The notes below the pieces were generated by a model, which made no database searches, was not told where the DNA came from, and saw nothing but the letters and a program-made list of their open reading frames with translations. Source: Planctomycetota bacterium (GTDB lineage Bacteria > Planctomycetota > PLA2 > JAEUHO01). Taken from it: a stretch of DNA of 64,000 nt. A program made the position numbers and the translations under genes. The stretch spans positions 224,001-288,000 of the forward strand of contig CBDCWP010000021.1 in the NCBI GenBank assembly GCA_965223505.1, written 5' to 3'. Below, piece after piece: positions 28,825 to 39,184 of the stretch (the stretch's first letter is position 1; every line of letters begins with the position of its first letter).

Positions 28825-30354
28825 ATGCCTGAAGAGACCGGACCCGCCGTCGTACGAATCGCGCCGAGCCCTACCGGCGATCCGCACGTCGGTACGGCGT
28901 ACACCGCGCTCTTCAACTTCGCGCTCGCGCACGTGACCGGCGGCCGGTTCATCCTGCGCATCGAGGACACCGACCGCACGCGCTACGACGAGAACTCCGA
29001 GCGGCAGATCACCGAAGCGCTGCAGTGGTTGGGGCTGACGTATCAGGAAGGCCCGGACGTCGGCGGGCCGAACGGCCCGTACCGCCAGTCGGAGCGCACG
29101 GCGCTCTATCGCGAGCATTGCGACCAGCTGCTCGAAGCGGGGCAGGCCTATCGCTGTTTCTGCACGGCCGATCGACTCGCGGAGCTGCGCGCCGCGCAGC
29201 GGGCCCGCAAGGCGCCGCCGGGCTACGACGGCCTGTGCCGCGGCCTGCAGCCGGAAGAGGTCGAGGCGCGCCTGGCCGAAGACACGCCGTACGTCGTGCG
29301 CTTGAAGGTGCCCAAGGACCGCAGCATCGAGTTCAAGGACGAGCTGCGCGACAAGGTCGTCATCGAGGGCAAGACCGTCGACGACCAGGTGCTGCTCAAG
29401 TCCGACGGGTTCCCCACGTACCACCTGGCGAACGTCGTCGACGATCACCTCATGGAGATCACGGACGTGATCCGCGCCGAAGAGTGGATCACGTCGACGC
29501 CGAAGCACGTGCTGCTCTACGAGGCGTTCGGTTGGACGCCGCCGCGCTTCCGGCACCTGCCGCTCCTGCGCAACAAGGACAGGTCCAAGATCAGCAAGCG
29601 CAAGAACCCGACGTCGGTGCTCTGGTACAAGGAGAACGGCTACCTGCCCGAAGCCGTCATCAACTTCCTCGCGCTGATGGGCTACTCGCATCCCAACGGC
29701 GACGAGATGTTCAGCTTCGAGGAGCTGCTTGCGACGTTCGATGCGTCGCGGATCTCGACGTCGGGCCCGGTGTTCGACCTCGAGAAGCTGCAGTGGCTGA
29801 ACGGCGAGTACATCCGCGCGGACGACGTCGACACGCTCGTGCGCCGCGTCCTCGACCACCTCGCATACCGGTTGGGAGGCGGCAAGGAGCCGAACCCGGA
29901 GACGGACGGCCCGCTGTACGCCTGGATCGAGGAGAACGACGGCTTCGAGTCCGAGTCGGTGCGCGCGTTCATCGCCGAGACGATGCCCCTCGTGCAAGAA
30001 CGCATCAAGACGCTCGAGGAGTACGCGCCGATCACGCGCTGTTTCTTCCTGAAGGACGTGTCCGGCTACTCGATGGAGGAGCTCACGCCCAAGAAGCGCG
30101 ACGGCGGCGAGGTGATCGACCTCCTGCGCGTCGTGCACGAACGTCTCTCGGCGCTGGAGGACTGGGCGACCGATCCGATTCAGGCGTTGCTGCGCGGTCT
30201 CTGCGAGGAGCTCGACTGGAAACCGCGCGAGCTGTTCCAGCCGGTGCGCGTCGCGGTCACGGGCTCGAAGGTCAGCCCGCCGTTGTTCGAGACCATGGAG
30301 CTGATCGGCAAGGACGAGTGCCTGCGGCGCATCGAGGCGGCGGAATCGGCGTAG
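28825..30354 (+). CDS. gltX: Glutamate--tRNA ligase
   Basis: RIAPSPTGDPHVG, RIEDTD, PYRQSER, YRCFCT, KISKR, SPPLFE. Confidence 0.98.
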   Translation: MPEETGPAVVRIAPSPTGDPHVGTAYTALFNFALAHVTGGRFILRIEDTDRTRYDENSERQITEALQWLGLTYQEGPDVGGPNGPYRQSERTALYREHCDQLLEAGQAYRCFCTADRLAELRAAQRARKAPPGYDGLCRGLQPEEVEARLAEDTPYVVRLKVPKDRSIEFKDELRDKVVIEGKTVDDQVLLKSDGFPTYHLANVVDDHLMEITDVIRAEEWITSTPKHVLLYEAFGWTPPRFRHLPLLRNKDRSKISKRKNPTSVLWYKENGYLPEAVINFLALMGYSHPNGDEMFSFEELLATFDASRISTSGPVFDLEKLQWLNGEYIRADDVDTLVRRVLDHLAYRLGGGKEPNPETDGPLYAWIEENDGFESESVRAFIAETMPLVQERIKTLEEYAPITRCFFLKDVSGYSMEELTPKKRDGGEVIDLLRVVHERLSALEDWATDPIQALLRGLCEELDWKPRELFQPVRVAVTGSKVSPPLFETMELIGKDECLRRIEAAESA

Positions 30355-30423
30355 GGGCAGCCCTCGTGACTGCCCACGAGCGACGCACGTGATCCGTCGG
30401 GCGACCGCAAGGGCCGCCCCTAC
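30351..30423. repeat. GTAG-type REP doublet between convergent genes
   Basis: GTAGGGGCAGCCCTCGTGACTGCCC ... GGGCGACCGCAAGGGCCGCCCCTAC; GTAG contains the gltX stop. Confidence 0.9.
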
Positions 30424-30984
30424 CTAGTTGTCCCTCTGCCAGTCGACCTCGCCGACGAGCTCGGGACGCTCGCGCCGGTACCAGCCTTTGTCGGCGACCA
30501 GGATCAGATTGCCGGACTCGGTCTTCTCGAGCACGCCCTTCACGACGACCAGATCGAGCCGGCGAATTCCGAGGTTGTCGGTCTTCACCGGCATCCCGCT
30601 CTCGTCACGAAGCTCGACCGGCAGCGAGTACGGCCCCTTGTCCTCCGCGACGCAGCAGTAGTCCCACGGTGTCTCGCAACCGCACTGCTCCTCGCCCTGC
30701 TGGCAGTACTGCAAGGTCTCGTCGAAGAGCGTGAACATGGCGAGCGCGCCGTCGATGCGTCGCACGCGGCCGACGACCGTCACGTTGTCACCCGCGGCAC
30801 GCTTCTTCGCCTCGAGCACCGAAACGCCGCCCTCGGGGTTCTGCGCCAACAGGAACTCCGAGTTCGTGCCGCTGCCGGGACCGAAGGGCCGGGCGGACGA
30901 CTGCTCCGCTGTGGTCTGTTCCCCGCAGGCCGTCGAAAGGAGCGCGAGGCCGACCAGGATCGAGAGGTGGAAGGGACGGTTCAT
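30424..30984 (-). CDS. Cys-rich lipoprotein with OB-fold-like domain
   Basis: Start ATG 30984 after GGAGG; LLSTA-C lipobox; NVTVVGRV; YCQQGEEQCGCETPWDYCC. Confidence 0.8.
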   Translation of the reverse strand: MNRPFHLSILVGLALLSTACGEQTTAEQSSARPFGPGSGTNSEFLLAQNPEGGVSVLEAKKRAAGDNVTVVGRVRRIDGALAMFTLFDETLQYCQQGEEQCGCETPWDYCCVAEDKGPYSLPVELRDESGMPVKTDNLGIRRLDLVVVKGVLEKTESGNLILVADKGWYRRERPELVGEVDWQRDN

Positions 30985-32123
30985 AGCTTTCCTCCGAGGG
31001 CGTCGACGAGGGGCATGCGCACCGCCCGCCAGGCCGGGATGAGACCACCGACGAGACCGATCGCCAGCGCGGCGCCCAGCCCCGCGAGTCGAACGGTGGG
31101 CGACAGGTCCAGGTAGAACGCGCCCATCGGGAACTTCAGTGGGATCTCGCCGAACGCGCCGGCGATCCAGAATCCCAGCAAACCGCCGGTCACGGCGAGC
31201 AGCAGGGACTCTTGCAGAAGCGAGACGCCCACGGCGCCGGGGCCGTAGCCCAACGCGCGCAACGCGCCCATCTCGCGCGTTCGCGCCAACACCGCGGCGA
31301 ACATCGTGTTGGCGCACGCGAACACGCCGCCGACGAAGACGAGCACCGCCATCACCCACGCGAGCGCGGCGATCGGGTCGAGCGCGCGCTGCAACGTCTT
31401 GAACAGCTCGACCTCGGTCACGGCCGACACCTCGTAGCTCACGCCGTTGCGGTGAATCCAGATGCGCGTGCGCTCCATCTCGCCGGCGTCACGCAGGCGC
31501 ACCGCGACACAGGACGCATCCGGCCGCCGCGTCGCGTTCATCACGTCAGCGAGCCGACCCCAGATCTCGGCCTCGAGCACGGTGCCGGGCGCGGCGAAGT
31601 GACCGACGATCTTCCAGTCCCGGTTCTCCAACTCGAACGTCTTGCCGACGTCGAGGGCGCCGTCGGGCAGGCCCATCCGCGCCTCCGCCAATCGGCCGAC
31701 CAGGAGCTCGTACGGGCCGGACGGCTCGACGCCCTCGACGACGGTGACCCGTTCATGCACCAGGAACGCGGAGGGCGTCACGCCGCGCAGCAGACCGATG
31801 GCGTCGCCCTTGCGCGTCGCGATGTGCAGCTCCACCGACGCGGCGCGAAGACCGTCGACCTCCAGGACGCCGGGAATGCTGGCTGCGACGGCGTTCGCCT
31901 TGCCGAGGTCGATGGCCGACCGCACCAGATCGTGCTCGCCGGTCGTGCCGGTGAGGATGATCACGTCCTGTGACGCCGTCGCGGACGCGGTCTGGGCGAG
32001 ACCACGCGCGAAGCCGCTCATCAGGATCACCAGCGTCGTGATCAGAGAGACGCCCAACAACGTGAGCAGCGTCCGCGTGCGGCGGCGCCAGAGGTTTCGG
32101 AGGGCATAGGCGAAGGGCAGCAT
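30981..32123 (-). CDS. ABC transporter permease, MacB/FtsX family
   Basis: LRNLWRRRTRTLLT, RTREMGALRALG; four-TM layout. Confidence 0.93.
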   Translation of the reverse strand: MLPFAYALRNLWRRRTRTLLTLLGVSLITTLVILMSGFARGLAQTASATASQDVIILTGTTGEHDLVRSAIDLGKANAVAASIPGVLEVDGLRAASVELHIATRKGDAIGLLRGVTPSAFLVHERVTVVEGVEPSGPYELLVGRLAEARMGLPDGALDVGKTFELENRDWKIVGHFAAPGTVLEAEIWGRLADVMNATRRPDASCVAVRLRDAGEMERTRIWIHRNGVSYEVSAVTEVELFKTLQRALDPIAALAWVMAVLVFVGGVFACANTMFAAVLARTREMGALRALGYGPGAVGVSLLQESLLLAVTGGLLGFWIAGAFGEIPLKFPMGAFYLDLSPTVRLAGLGAALAIGLVGGLIPAWRAVRMPLVDALGGKL

Positions 32124-33265
32124 CAGTCGGGTTTCACCGCGAGTGCGAGGTTGCGGCGGAAGGTCTGAACGGCCGGGCCGATGGCGGCGAAGACGCCGAC
32201 CAGCAGCGTCACGACGCCGGCGGCCCAGATCAACGGCAGGTCCGGTTCGATGTCGATGCCCCAGCCCTCGACGCCGAGCGTGAGCGGATCGCTCAACAGC
32301 CAGCCGGCGACGGCGCCGACGCCGAGCACCGCACCGAAGACGCTCAGCGACAGGCTCTCCGCGAGAACGAGCCCCGAGAGGATGCCCGGTGTCACGCCGA
32401 GCGTCTCCATGACCCCGAGCTCGGCGCTTCGCGTCTGCGCGCTGATGTAGACGGTGTTGCCCAGAATCAGGATCACGACCGCGACGGCCAAGTATCCGAG
32501 CATGCGCGCGAAGTCCACGACCTCGTTGACCTCGCCGACGGCGCCTTGCACGAACGCCTGCATGGTCTTCGTGTCGGTGGGCTGCTCGTCCGTCCGGAAG
32601 CGTTCGTCGATCTGTCTCGCGATCTGCTCGGGATTCGAGCCCGGCTTCAGCCGCACCATGAACTGCGTCGCGATGCCCTGCTTGTCGCGTGCCAGCTGCA
32701 GCTGGTCGAGGTTGACGAAGGCCAGGTTGTCCAGACCCGCGGTCTCGGAGCCGATGATGCCGGCGACGTGCACGTCGACGTTGCCGAGCCGGACGCGGTC
32801 CCCCGGCCGCAGTCCTCGACGCTTTGCGAGGCGCTGCCCCACGAGCGCGCCGTCGCTGCGCTGCGCCCAGTTGCGGGCGTCGCCGGCAAGCGTCTGGAAA
32901 TCGTGGATCTCGTCGAGGCCCTTGCCCGGTACGCCATGCAGCGTCACGAGGTCCAGGTTCGCGCGGCAGGAGTTGATGAACAGCAGCGTCGGCAGCACCG
33001 ACTCGACACCGTCCATGCGTTCGATCTCGGACTGATAGCGCATCGGCAGCTCGGACGTCAACGGACAGAAACGGCTGCTCTGGAACACGACGAGCACCGG
33101 CTGGTCGGCGGAGTCCGACAGCCGGTCCACACCGCTCTCGAGCATCCGCACGAACGCGAACAGCGCCATCGCCAGCGCCATGCCGAGCACCGTGAGGATC
33201 GATCGCGTTCGAGCGCGCACAACGGTGCGCCGCACGTACGTCAGCAGCTTGAAGAACACGCTCAT
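32123..33265 (-). CDS. ABC transporter permease, MacB/FtsX family
   Basis: Start ATG 33265 (MSVFFKLL); RSAELGVMETLG; periplasmic SRFCP and NSCRANLD. Confidence 0.92.
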   Translation of the reverse strand: MSVFFKLLTYVRRTVVRARTRSILTVLGMALAMALFAFVRMLESGVDRLSDSADQPVLVVFQSSRFCPLTSELPMRYQSEIERMDGVESVLPTLLFINSCRANLDLVTLHGVPGKGLDEIHDFQTLAGDARNWAQRSDGALVGQRLAKRRGLRPGDRVRLGNVDVHVAGIIGSETAGLDNLAFVNLDQLQLARDKQGIATQFMVRLKPGSNPEQIARQIDERFRTDEQPTDTKTMQAFVQGAVGEVNEVVDFARMLGYLAVAVVILILGNTVYISAQTRSAELGVMETLGVTPGILSGLVLAESLSLSVFGAVLGVGAVAGWLLSDPLTLGVEGWGIDIEPDLPLIWAAGVVTLLVGVFAAIGPAVQTFRRNLALAVKPD

Positions 33266-33984
33266 GATGCGTCTCCTTCGGCGATCGTCTGCGGCTCGGG
33301 ATCCGTGATGCGACCCTTGTCGAGATGGATCACGCGCTCGGCGACGGCTGCGGCGCGCGGATCGTGCGTCACCATCACCAACGTCTGGCCGAAACGCCGG
33401 TGTAGCTCGGAGAGGAGCGCCAGCACGGCCTTCGCCGCCGTCTCGTCGAGGTTCCCGGTCGGCTCGTCCGCGAGCAACAGCTCCGGCCCCGCCACGATGG
33501 CGCGCGCGATCGCAACGCGTTGCTGCTGCCCGCCGGACATCTCGCGCGGCAGATGGTCGGACCGGTCCGAGAGCTGCACGGCTTCGAGCGCGACCTCCAC
33601 CTTGCGCCGGCGCTCCGCCTTCGAGAGCTTCGTGAGCAGGAGGGGAAGCTCCACGTTCTCGAACGCCGTCAACACCGGCACGAGGTTGTACTGCTGGAAG
33701 ACGAAGCCGACCGACTCGTTGCGCCACGCGGCAAGCGCGCGAGCGCTCAGGTTCGAGACGCGCGTGTCGCCGATGTCGATCGCGCCGTGGGTGGGTCGAT
33801 CGATCCCAGCGAGAAGATGCAGGAGCGTCGTCTTGCCGCTACCGCTCGGGCCCATGAGCGCGACGAATTCGCCTTCGGCGATGTCGAGATCGAGATTCTC
33901 GAGCGGCGTCACGTCCTCGCCCTTGCCGAAGAAGGTCTTGGTCAGGCCGCGGATGCGAATCAGGGATTTGCGCTCGGTCATCAC
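33262..33984 (-). CDS. ABC transporter ATP-binding protein (LolD/MacB-like)
   Basis: GPSGSGKT, MSGGQQQR, LLADEPTGNLD, VTHD. Confidence 0.97.
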   Translation of the reverse strand: MMTERKSLIRIRGLTKTFFGKGEDVTPLENLDLDIAEGEFVALMGPSGSGKTTLLHLLAGIDRPTHGAIDIGDTRVSNLSARALAAWRNESVGFVFQQYNLVPVLTAFENVELPLLLTKLSKAERRRKVEVALEAVQLSDRSDHLPREMSGGQQQRVAIARAIVAGPELLLADEPTGNLDETAAKAVLALLSELHRRFGQTLVMVTHDPRAAAVAERVIHLDKGRITDPEPQTIAEGDAS

Positions 33985-35528
33985 GGTTTCCTCACGGCTT
34001 CGCCGTCACGGACGACGTCGAGAATCACCTTCGAGGAGAGGCCGAGGCGGGCTTCCACCTCGGTCCACTCCCCGTCTTCGCGGATCGTTCGGACGGGCAC
34101 GCGTCTGGCCTTGCCGCCTTCGGTCGGGTCGTAGACGAAGACCGCGCCGTCGCGAATCGCTGCCGTCCTCACGAGCACGACCGACGGTCGATCCCCCGCC
34201 GGCCGCTCGGCGCCATCGTTCTTCACCTCGAAGCGCGCCCGGCAGAGCATCTCGGGGCGCAGCAGCGGATCCGGTTCCTCGATGCGCACCTTCACCTGCA
34301 GGGTGTTCTTGTTGAGATCGGCCTCGTGCACGAGGCGATCGACGACGCCGCGGAACGCGCGGTCGCCGACGGCATCTACCTTGATCTCGACCTTCGTCCC
34401 CGCGCCGATGCCCCGCACGTCGGGTAGCAACACGTCCACGCGCGCGGCAAGGCGGGACGGGTCGTAGAGCGAAACAAGGGTCCCCGTAAGGCGGTTGAGA
34501 CTGCCTGTCGATCCGGTGCCGGATCCCTCGCCCTCCCGGAAGTCCCCCTGCGGGCCGACGAGCGCGCCGGGCGCGCTCTCCAGCCGCAGCACGATGCCGT
34601 CGACGGGCGACGTCACGGTCAACGCGTCGACGAGCCGCTGCACGGTGCGAAGGACGACCTGCGCTTCTTCGCGCGCAGCGATCGCGCGCGCGTGCTCCGC
34701 CCGTCGAACGGCGACGTCGCCGGCCAGGTCGCGCGGATCGCGCAGGCCTTCCTCGGCGATCTCGAGCAACGCTTCGAGCCGCGCGACGTCGGCCTCGGCC
34801 TCGGCCTTGCGCGACCGCATCTCCTTCGCGCGCGCAGCGGCCTCTTTGACACGCGCGGACGCGCGGTCCTTGGCAAGCGGGGTGACGCTGCCGGCCAGCT
34901 CGAGCTCCTCCTGCGCGCGCAGATCCACCCATGCACGCTCCTCCGCGGCATCGGCCTCCGCCGCATGGGCGTTGCGGGTCTCGACGTTCTTCCGCGCCGC
35001 GGCGAGCTGTCCCGCAAGCGTCGCGACGTTCGCCCGCAGGTCGAGCTTCTGCTCGAGGAGCGACGCGGCGACGTCGAGCCTGGCCTTCGCCTCGGCTTCT
35101 TCGGCCGTGCGCACGTCGAGCTGCGCCTTGGCGCGCTCCTTCTCGTTCTCGACGTCGAGGTTGCGCAGGACGCCGATGACCGTCTCGTCCTTCACGACCG
35201 CCTGGCCCTCGAGAACGTCCAGGCGTTCGACGACGCCCGTTACGAGCGGCCGAACCGTGATCGGGAACGGATCGGCTTCCAGCCACCCCGCCGCCTCGAC
35301 ATAGGTGGCCGAGCGGCTCATGGAAACATCGCCGCCGACGACGCGCACGCTGCTGAGCTGCACGGTCCGCGGCGGGAACAACACGGGCTCCAGCACGGCG
35401 TAGAGCACGGCGAGCGCGCCCAGCACCAGCACCGCGATCATCAGACGCGGCAGCACGGGCTTGCGCGGCGCTCGCGGCGCCTGCGCCTCGGTCTTGCGCA
35501 GTGCCTCCAGATTCGGTCCGCTGCTCAT
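33981..35528 (-). CDS. Periplasmic adaptor (membrane fusion protein, HlyD family) with long coiled coil
   Basis: N-terminal TM; lipoyl halves GVVERLDVLEGQAV and VTSPVDGIV; LRPEM. Confidence 0.9.
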   Translation of the reverse strand: MSSGPNLEALRKTEAQAPRAPRKPVLPRLMIAVLVLGALAVLYAVLEPVLFPPRTVQLSSVRVVGGDVSMSRSATYVEAAGWLEADPFPITVRPLVTGVVERLDVLEGQAVVKDETVIGVLRNLDVENEKERAKAQLDVRTAEEAEAKARLDVAASLLEQKLDLRANVATLAGQLAAARKNVETRNAHAAEADAAEERAWVDLRAQEELELAGSVTPLAKDRASARVKEAAARAKEMRSRKAEAEADVARLEALLEIAEEGLRDPRDLAGDVAVRRAEHARAIAAREEAQVVLRTVQRLVDALTVTSPVDGIVLRLESAPGALVGPQGDFREGEGSGTGSTGSLNRLTGTLVSLYDPSRLAARVDVLLPDVRGIGAGTKVEIKVDAVGDRAFRGVVDRLVHEADLNKNTLQVKVRIEEPDPLLRPEMLCRARFEVKNDGAERPAGDRPSVVLVRTAAIRDGAVFVYDPTEGGKARRVPVRTIREDGEWTEVEARLGLSSKVILDVVRDGEAVRKP

Positions 35529-36754
35529 CGCGCACCTCCTCCGACCATCGCGGCCGTCGGCCAGCCCGCCGCGCGCGCCGCGGCGACGCGAGCGCGAACG
35601 AGCGCAATCGTCGCGTTGCGAAGCTCTCGGAACGCCTGCACCTGCGTTCCCATCACGAGCACGGCGCTCGTGAACGCATTCGGGTCGTCGCCCAGGCGTC
35701 CGACCTCCGCTTCGAGCAGCGCGGTGGCGGCTTCGAGGCGCGCGCGGGCGCCGTCGGCACGTGCTTCTGCGGCTTCCAACGTCAGGGCCGTCGAAGCCGC
35801 GTCGTGCATCGCCTCCAACACGCCCGCATCGAGATCGGCGAACGCCGCCGCGCGCGCCGCCTCGGCCACACGCGCTTCGGCCGGCGCATCGAGCGGCAGC
35901 GAGATGCGCAACAGCTGCACGGGAATCTCCAGATCGAAGTTCCCGCCGAGGGCGAGACCGACGTCCGGCGTCTGCTCCGCCACGGCGAGTCGGAACCTGT
36001 GGTCGGCCACGCAGTACCTGGCGTACAGGGTTTGAATGTCGCCACGCGCGAGCAGCAGCTTCTTGCGGTCGGCTGCAGGCGCTGTCGGCCAGCCCAGGGG
36101 CGCCGCGACGATCGCCGCCTCGTCCTCGGGGCCGGAGCCGATCAAGCGCGCGATGTCACGACGCGCGTCACGACGCTGCGCGTCGAGGATGCGGCGCTCG
36201 GAGTCGCGCTCGACCAGTGCGGCGTGCGCCGCTTCGCCGGCGGACGTCGAAACGAGCCCCGCCTGCGTGTACGCCTCGACGTCGAGCTCGTCCGACGGAA
36301 CGCGCAGATCGGCCAGCGCGCGCTCGAGCGCGTAGGCAAGCGCGAGCTCGCCGACGAGATCGCGCGCCTGCTGGTGGTGCGCGCGGATCCGCTCGCTTCG
36401 AATCGAGCGGGCAAGCGCCTTCTCGGCCGCACGCGGGCCGATCCCCAGTAACGCGAGAATGTCGGTGCCGATCAGCGTCTCGGTGACGTCGCCGTCGGCG
36501 ACCTTCAGCGAGCCGAGCAGCGGGTCCGGACCGGGATCGAGATTGACGGCCGCGATGCGCGCGCGCGCCGCGCGCAAGGCTGGATTGCGCAACACGACGA
36601 GCTCGGCGGCCTCTGCGAACGCCAACGGACGCTGCGGCACGTCCGGAACGCGCGTTAGCGATCGGCGGGGGCTCGCCACGAGGGGCCGGTAGCTCACGCA
36701 ACCGGTCAACAGCAAGAGCGCCACCACGGCGGTGGATCTGGAGAAGCAGGACAA
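35525..36754 (-). CDS. TolC-like outer membrane efflux lipoprotein
   Basis: LLLLTG-C lipobox; RNPALRAARA; LAVAEQTPDV; position in the operon. Confidence 0.75.
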   Translation of the reverse strand: MSCFSRSTAVVALLLLTGCVSYRPLVASPRRSLTRVPDVPQRPLAFAEAAELVVLRNPALRAARARIAAVNLDPGPDPLLGSLKVADGDVTETLIGTDILALLGIGPRAAEKALARSIRSERIRAHHQQARDLVGELALAYALERALADLRVPSDELDVEAYTQAGLVSTSAGEAAHAALVERDSERRILDAQRRDARRDIARLIGSGPEDEAAIVAAPLGWPTAPAADRKKLLLARGDIQTLYARYCVADHRFRLAVAEQTPDVGLALGGNFDLEIPVQLLRISLPLDAPAEARVAEAARAAAFADLDAGVLEAMHDAASTALTLEAAEARADGARARLEAATALLEAEVGRLGDDPNAFTSAVLVMGTQVQAFRELRNATIALVRARVAAARAAGWPTAAMVGGGAR

Positions 36755-36829
36755 GAGAGAACCTCGAAACGAAGGAACGCGAGTGAGAACACGGCGCGCG
36801 CGTAGCGGCCATGACGCTCGTTTCGAGGT

Positions 36830-37207
36830 CTAGACGATGAGAACTTCCGTCGATGCCGCTGGCGATGAGTCGTAGATCTCCACCTGCGGCGGGACGAGAT
36901 CGACCGCGCGAGGCGCGTCGACTTCGAACGACGGAAGGAATGCGGTGAGAGCGGGAGCGTCGAGCGTGACGCGATCACCGACCGGCGGGAGCTCGTGCAT
37001 GCACCCGACCGAGCTGCAGGTCGGGCAGTCGTCGGTGCCCGACTTCATCGGCGCCTTCTCGGCGGCCTTCTCGGCGCAGCAGGCGCACGGCGCCTCGTCC
37101 GTGGTGTCGCCGACCAGCACGCCCGCGTACAGGCAGGGGCACGTGCCCCACGCCAGAACGACGAAGGAGAGCACGGCGGTCAGGGCGATGGCTCCGGTCT
37201 TGCGCAT
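36830..37207 (-). CDS. Small exported Cys-rich protein
   Basis: Signal-like N-terminus; CPC, CACC, CPTC..C motifs; heads the efflux operon. Confidence 0.7.
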   Translation of the reverse strand: MRKTGAIALTAVLSFVVLAWGTCPCLYAGVLVGDTTDEAPCACCAEKAAEKAPMKSGTDDCPTCSSVGCMHELPPVGDRVTLDAPALTAFLPSFEVDAPRAVDLVPPQVEIYDSSPAASTEVLIV

Positions 37208-37331
37208 TCGAGAATCAGCTTACGGCAGGTCGGCGGGCAAAGCACATCCCGCTTCCAACCGTCGGACGAACGTTCGCCAAACGGTGTTCCGCGGCGTCGG
37301 GCACGGTCGCCCCGGAGGCCCGACAGAGCGC

Positions 37332-38126
37332 CTATCGTTCGGTCTTGAACAGCTTCGAGGGCTTGGATTTGTTCGCCTTGTACGCCTCGTGCCAGGCCTC
37401 GGCCGTCTCGAAGCTCTGGCCCGTCAGCTTGTTCAGCGCGGCGATCAGAGGGGCCTGGAGGCTGCGGAAGCGGGCCCGCGCGGCGCCACCCATGCCGCGA
37501 TTGCTGCCGCCTCGCACGGCGCCGGGCGCCAACGACGCCATGAACTCGATCAGCTGCTTGAGAATCTTGACGCGCTGCTTCGAGTAGCTGTAGCTCCCGA
37601 GCGCGCGCACCGCGGCGGTGGCGGCGTTCATGTCCTTGCCCTTCTTGGCGAGGTTGAACAGGTCCTTGACCGCGGTGTCGGGCGCGAGCTTGTCGACGGC
37701 GCTCAATACGCGCATCTCGAGCTGCCCGGCCGTTTCGTCCTTCTCCTTCGGCATGAACTTCTTGAGCTGCTTGTAGGCGCCCTTCTCGTCGTAGAGCTCG
37801 CCCAGGGCGTCGACCGCCTCGAGACGCAGGACGATCACGAGATCCTTGTCCTTCACCACGTCGCCGATCGCGTCCTGCAACTTCGAACGCGCGGCGGGGG
37901 TGCGCAGCTTGTTGTGAAGCGCGACCGCTTGCTTGTAGGTGACCTTCAGGCCGGCGCGGTCCTTCGCCTCGTGCTGCGCCTCGATCTTCTCGACGAGCTT
38001 CGCGGCGTCCTTGACCCGGTACTCCTCGTCCGGATCGGAGGCGAAGGCGGTTCCGCAGCAAACGACGAACGCGACGGCGATTCCGATTCGCCGTCGCGTC
38101 GCAGAGTGATCGGTGCGGTTCGTCAT
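37332..38126 (-). CDS. Exported HEAT-repeat-like helical protein
   Basis: Start ATG 38126; signal peptide; LRLEAVDALG, AAVRALG, ALNKLTGQSF...W. Confidence 0.7.
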   Translation of the reverse strand: MTNRTDHSATRRRIGIAVAFVVCCGTAFASDPDEEYRVKDAAKLVEKIEAQHEAKDRAGLKVTYKQAVALHNKLRTPAARSKLQDAIGDVVKDKDLVIVLRLEAVDALGELYDEKGAYKQLKKFMPKEKDETAGQLEMRVLSAVDKLAPDTAVKDLFNLAKKGKDMNAATAAVRALGSYSYSKQRVKILKQLIEFMASLAPGAVRGGSNRGMGGAARARFRSLQAPLIAALNKLTGQSFETAEAWHEAYKANKSKPSKLFKTER

Positions 38127-38224
38127 CGTTCCCTGAAACACAGGGTACCGGCGACGGTTGCGAATTGACTCTCGAAGGGGCCGCAAGGCCCTGAGCAGCG
38201 CGCAGGCCGCCCACCGTCGAACGG

Positions 38225-39160
38225 CTATTCGCCGTCGCCGTCCTTCTTGCCGCCGTCGCCGTCCTTCTTCTCGCCGCCGTCGTCGCCTTCCTTTTTCTCG
38301 CCTTCGCCCTCGCCTTCCTTCTTCTCGCCTTCGCCTTCGCCTTCCTTTGCGTTGGCGGCCTCCTCGGCGGCGGCTTCGGCCTCTTCCTTCTCGCGCTCGA
38401 GCGCCTCTTCCAGCGCCCGCTCGGCCTCCTTCTTCGCGCGCCGAACGGTCGGCTGGGCGACCTTCAGGGGCAGCAGGAACGGACGCATCATCGCACCCTC
38501 GCCCACGCCTTCCTGCTGGACGGCGATGCCCGCCACAGCGCCTTCGGCGTTGTAGAGCGGCTCGGCGATGAAGTTGCCCGCGCCCTGCACGGCCCACATC
38601 GTGCGCGGCTTGGTGACGCGGCCGACGACGCGGACCTCGTCGCACATCGGCGCGTGGTCGAAGCCCTGACCCAGGCGCGTGACGCCGTAGAGCGTGTCAC
38701 CGATCTTCGGCTCGACGGTCTGGGTGAGATCGACGACGGTGATCTCCTTGCCCTCGAGATCCTTGATCAGGACGAAACCCAGGCCGAGCTTGCTGTCCTT
38801 CGCGCCGAGGATCGCCGGGTACTCCTTCTCGTCACCGGGGAAGATGACGCGCAGGTTGGTGGGCGTCGCCTTCGCATCGACCTGCATACCGAAACGCGGC
38901 GCGTTGAACAGCCCGGCCGGCGCCATCACGAGCCCCGCGGGATCGACGAGCACGCCCGTCGCCTCGCGGTTGAACTCGCGGTCGATGTTCTGCCCCTGGA
39001 AGTTGATCTGCACGGCCAGCACGAACTTGAGTTGGACGACGGCGGCAGCCTTCGTCTCGATCAGCTGACCGTGCGGCGTGTCGCCCCTCGCCGTAGCCGA
39101 CGCGAGACACAGGACGGCGACCGCGGCGGCCGCCGAACCGAATTTGCGAATGTTCATCAA
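38225..39160 (-). CDS. Exported trypsin-fold protein lacking catalytic His/Ser, with acidic low-complexity tail
   Basis: ATGVLVDPAGLVM, PKIGDTLYGV, GNFIAEPLYNAEGAVAGI; EGEGEKK repeats. Confidence 0.75.
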   Translation of the reverse strand: MMNIRKFGSAAAAVAVLCLASATARGDTPHGQLIETKAAAVVQLKFVLAVQINFQGQNIDREFNREATGVLVDPAGLVMAPAGLFNAPRFGMQVDAKATPTNLRVIFPGDEKEYPAILGAKDSKLGLGFVLIKDLEGKEITVVDLTQTVEPKIGDTLYGVTRLGQGFDHAPMCDEVRVVGRVTKPRTMWAVQGAGNFIAEPLYNAEGAVAGIAVQQEGVGEGAMMRPFLLPLKVAQPTVRRAKKEAERALEEALEREKEEAEAAAEEAANAKEGEGEGEKKEGEGEGEKKEGDDGGEKKDGDGGKKDGDGE

Positions 39161-39184
39161 TCTGCTCCTTCCACAGCCCTTGGT

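Noticed and set aside
6231..30354. Three aminoacyl-tRNA synthetases as a specialised biosynthetic or resistance cluster
   Set aside because: All look like full-length canonical enzymes with no biosynthetic neighbours.
38227..38346. Short tandem DNA repeats as an independent element
   Set aside because: Explained by the low-complexity EGEGEKK/DGDG coding tail.
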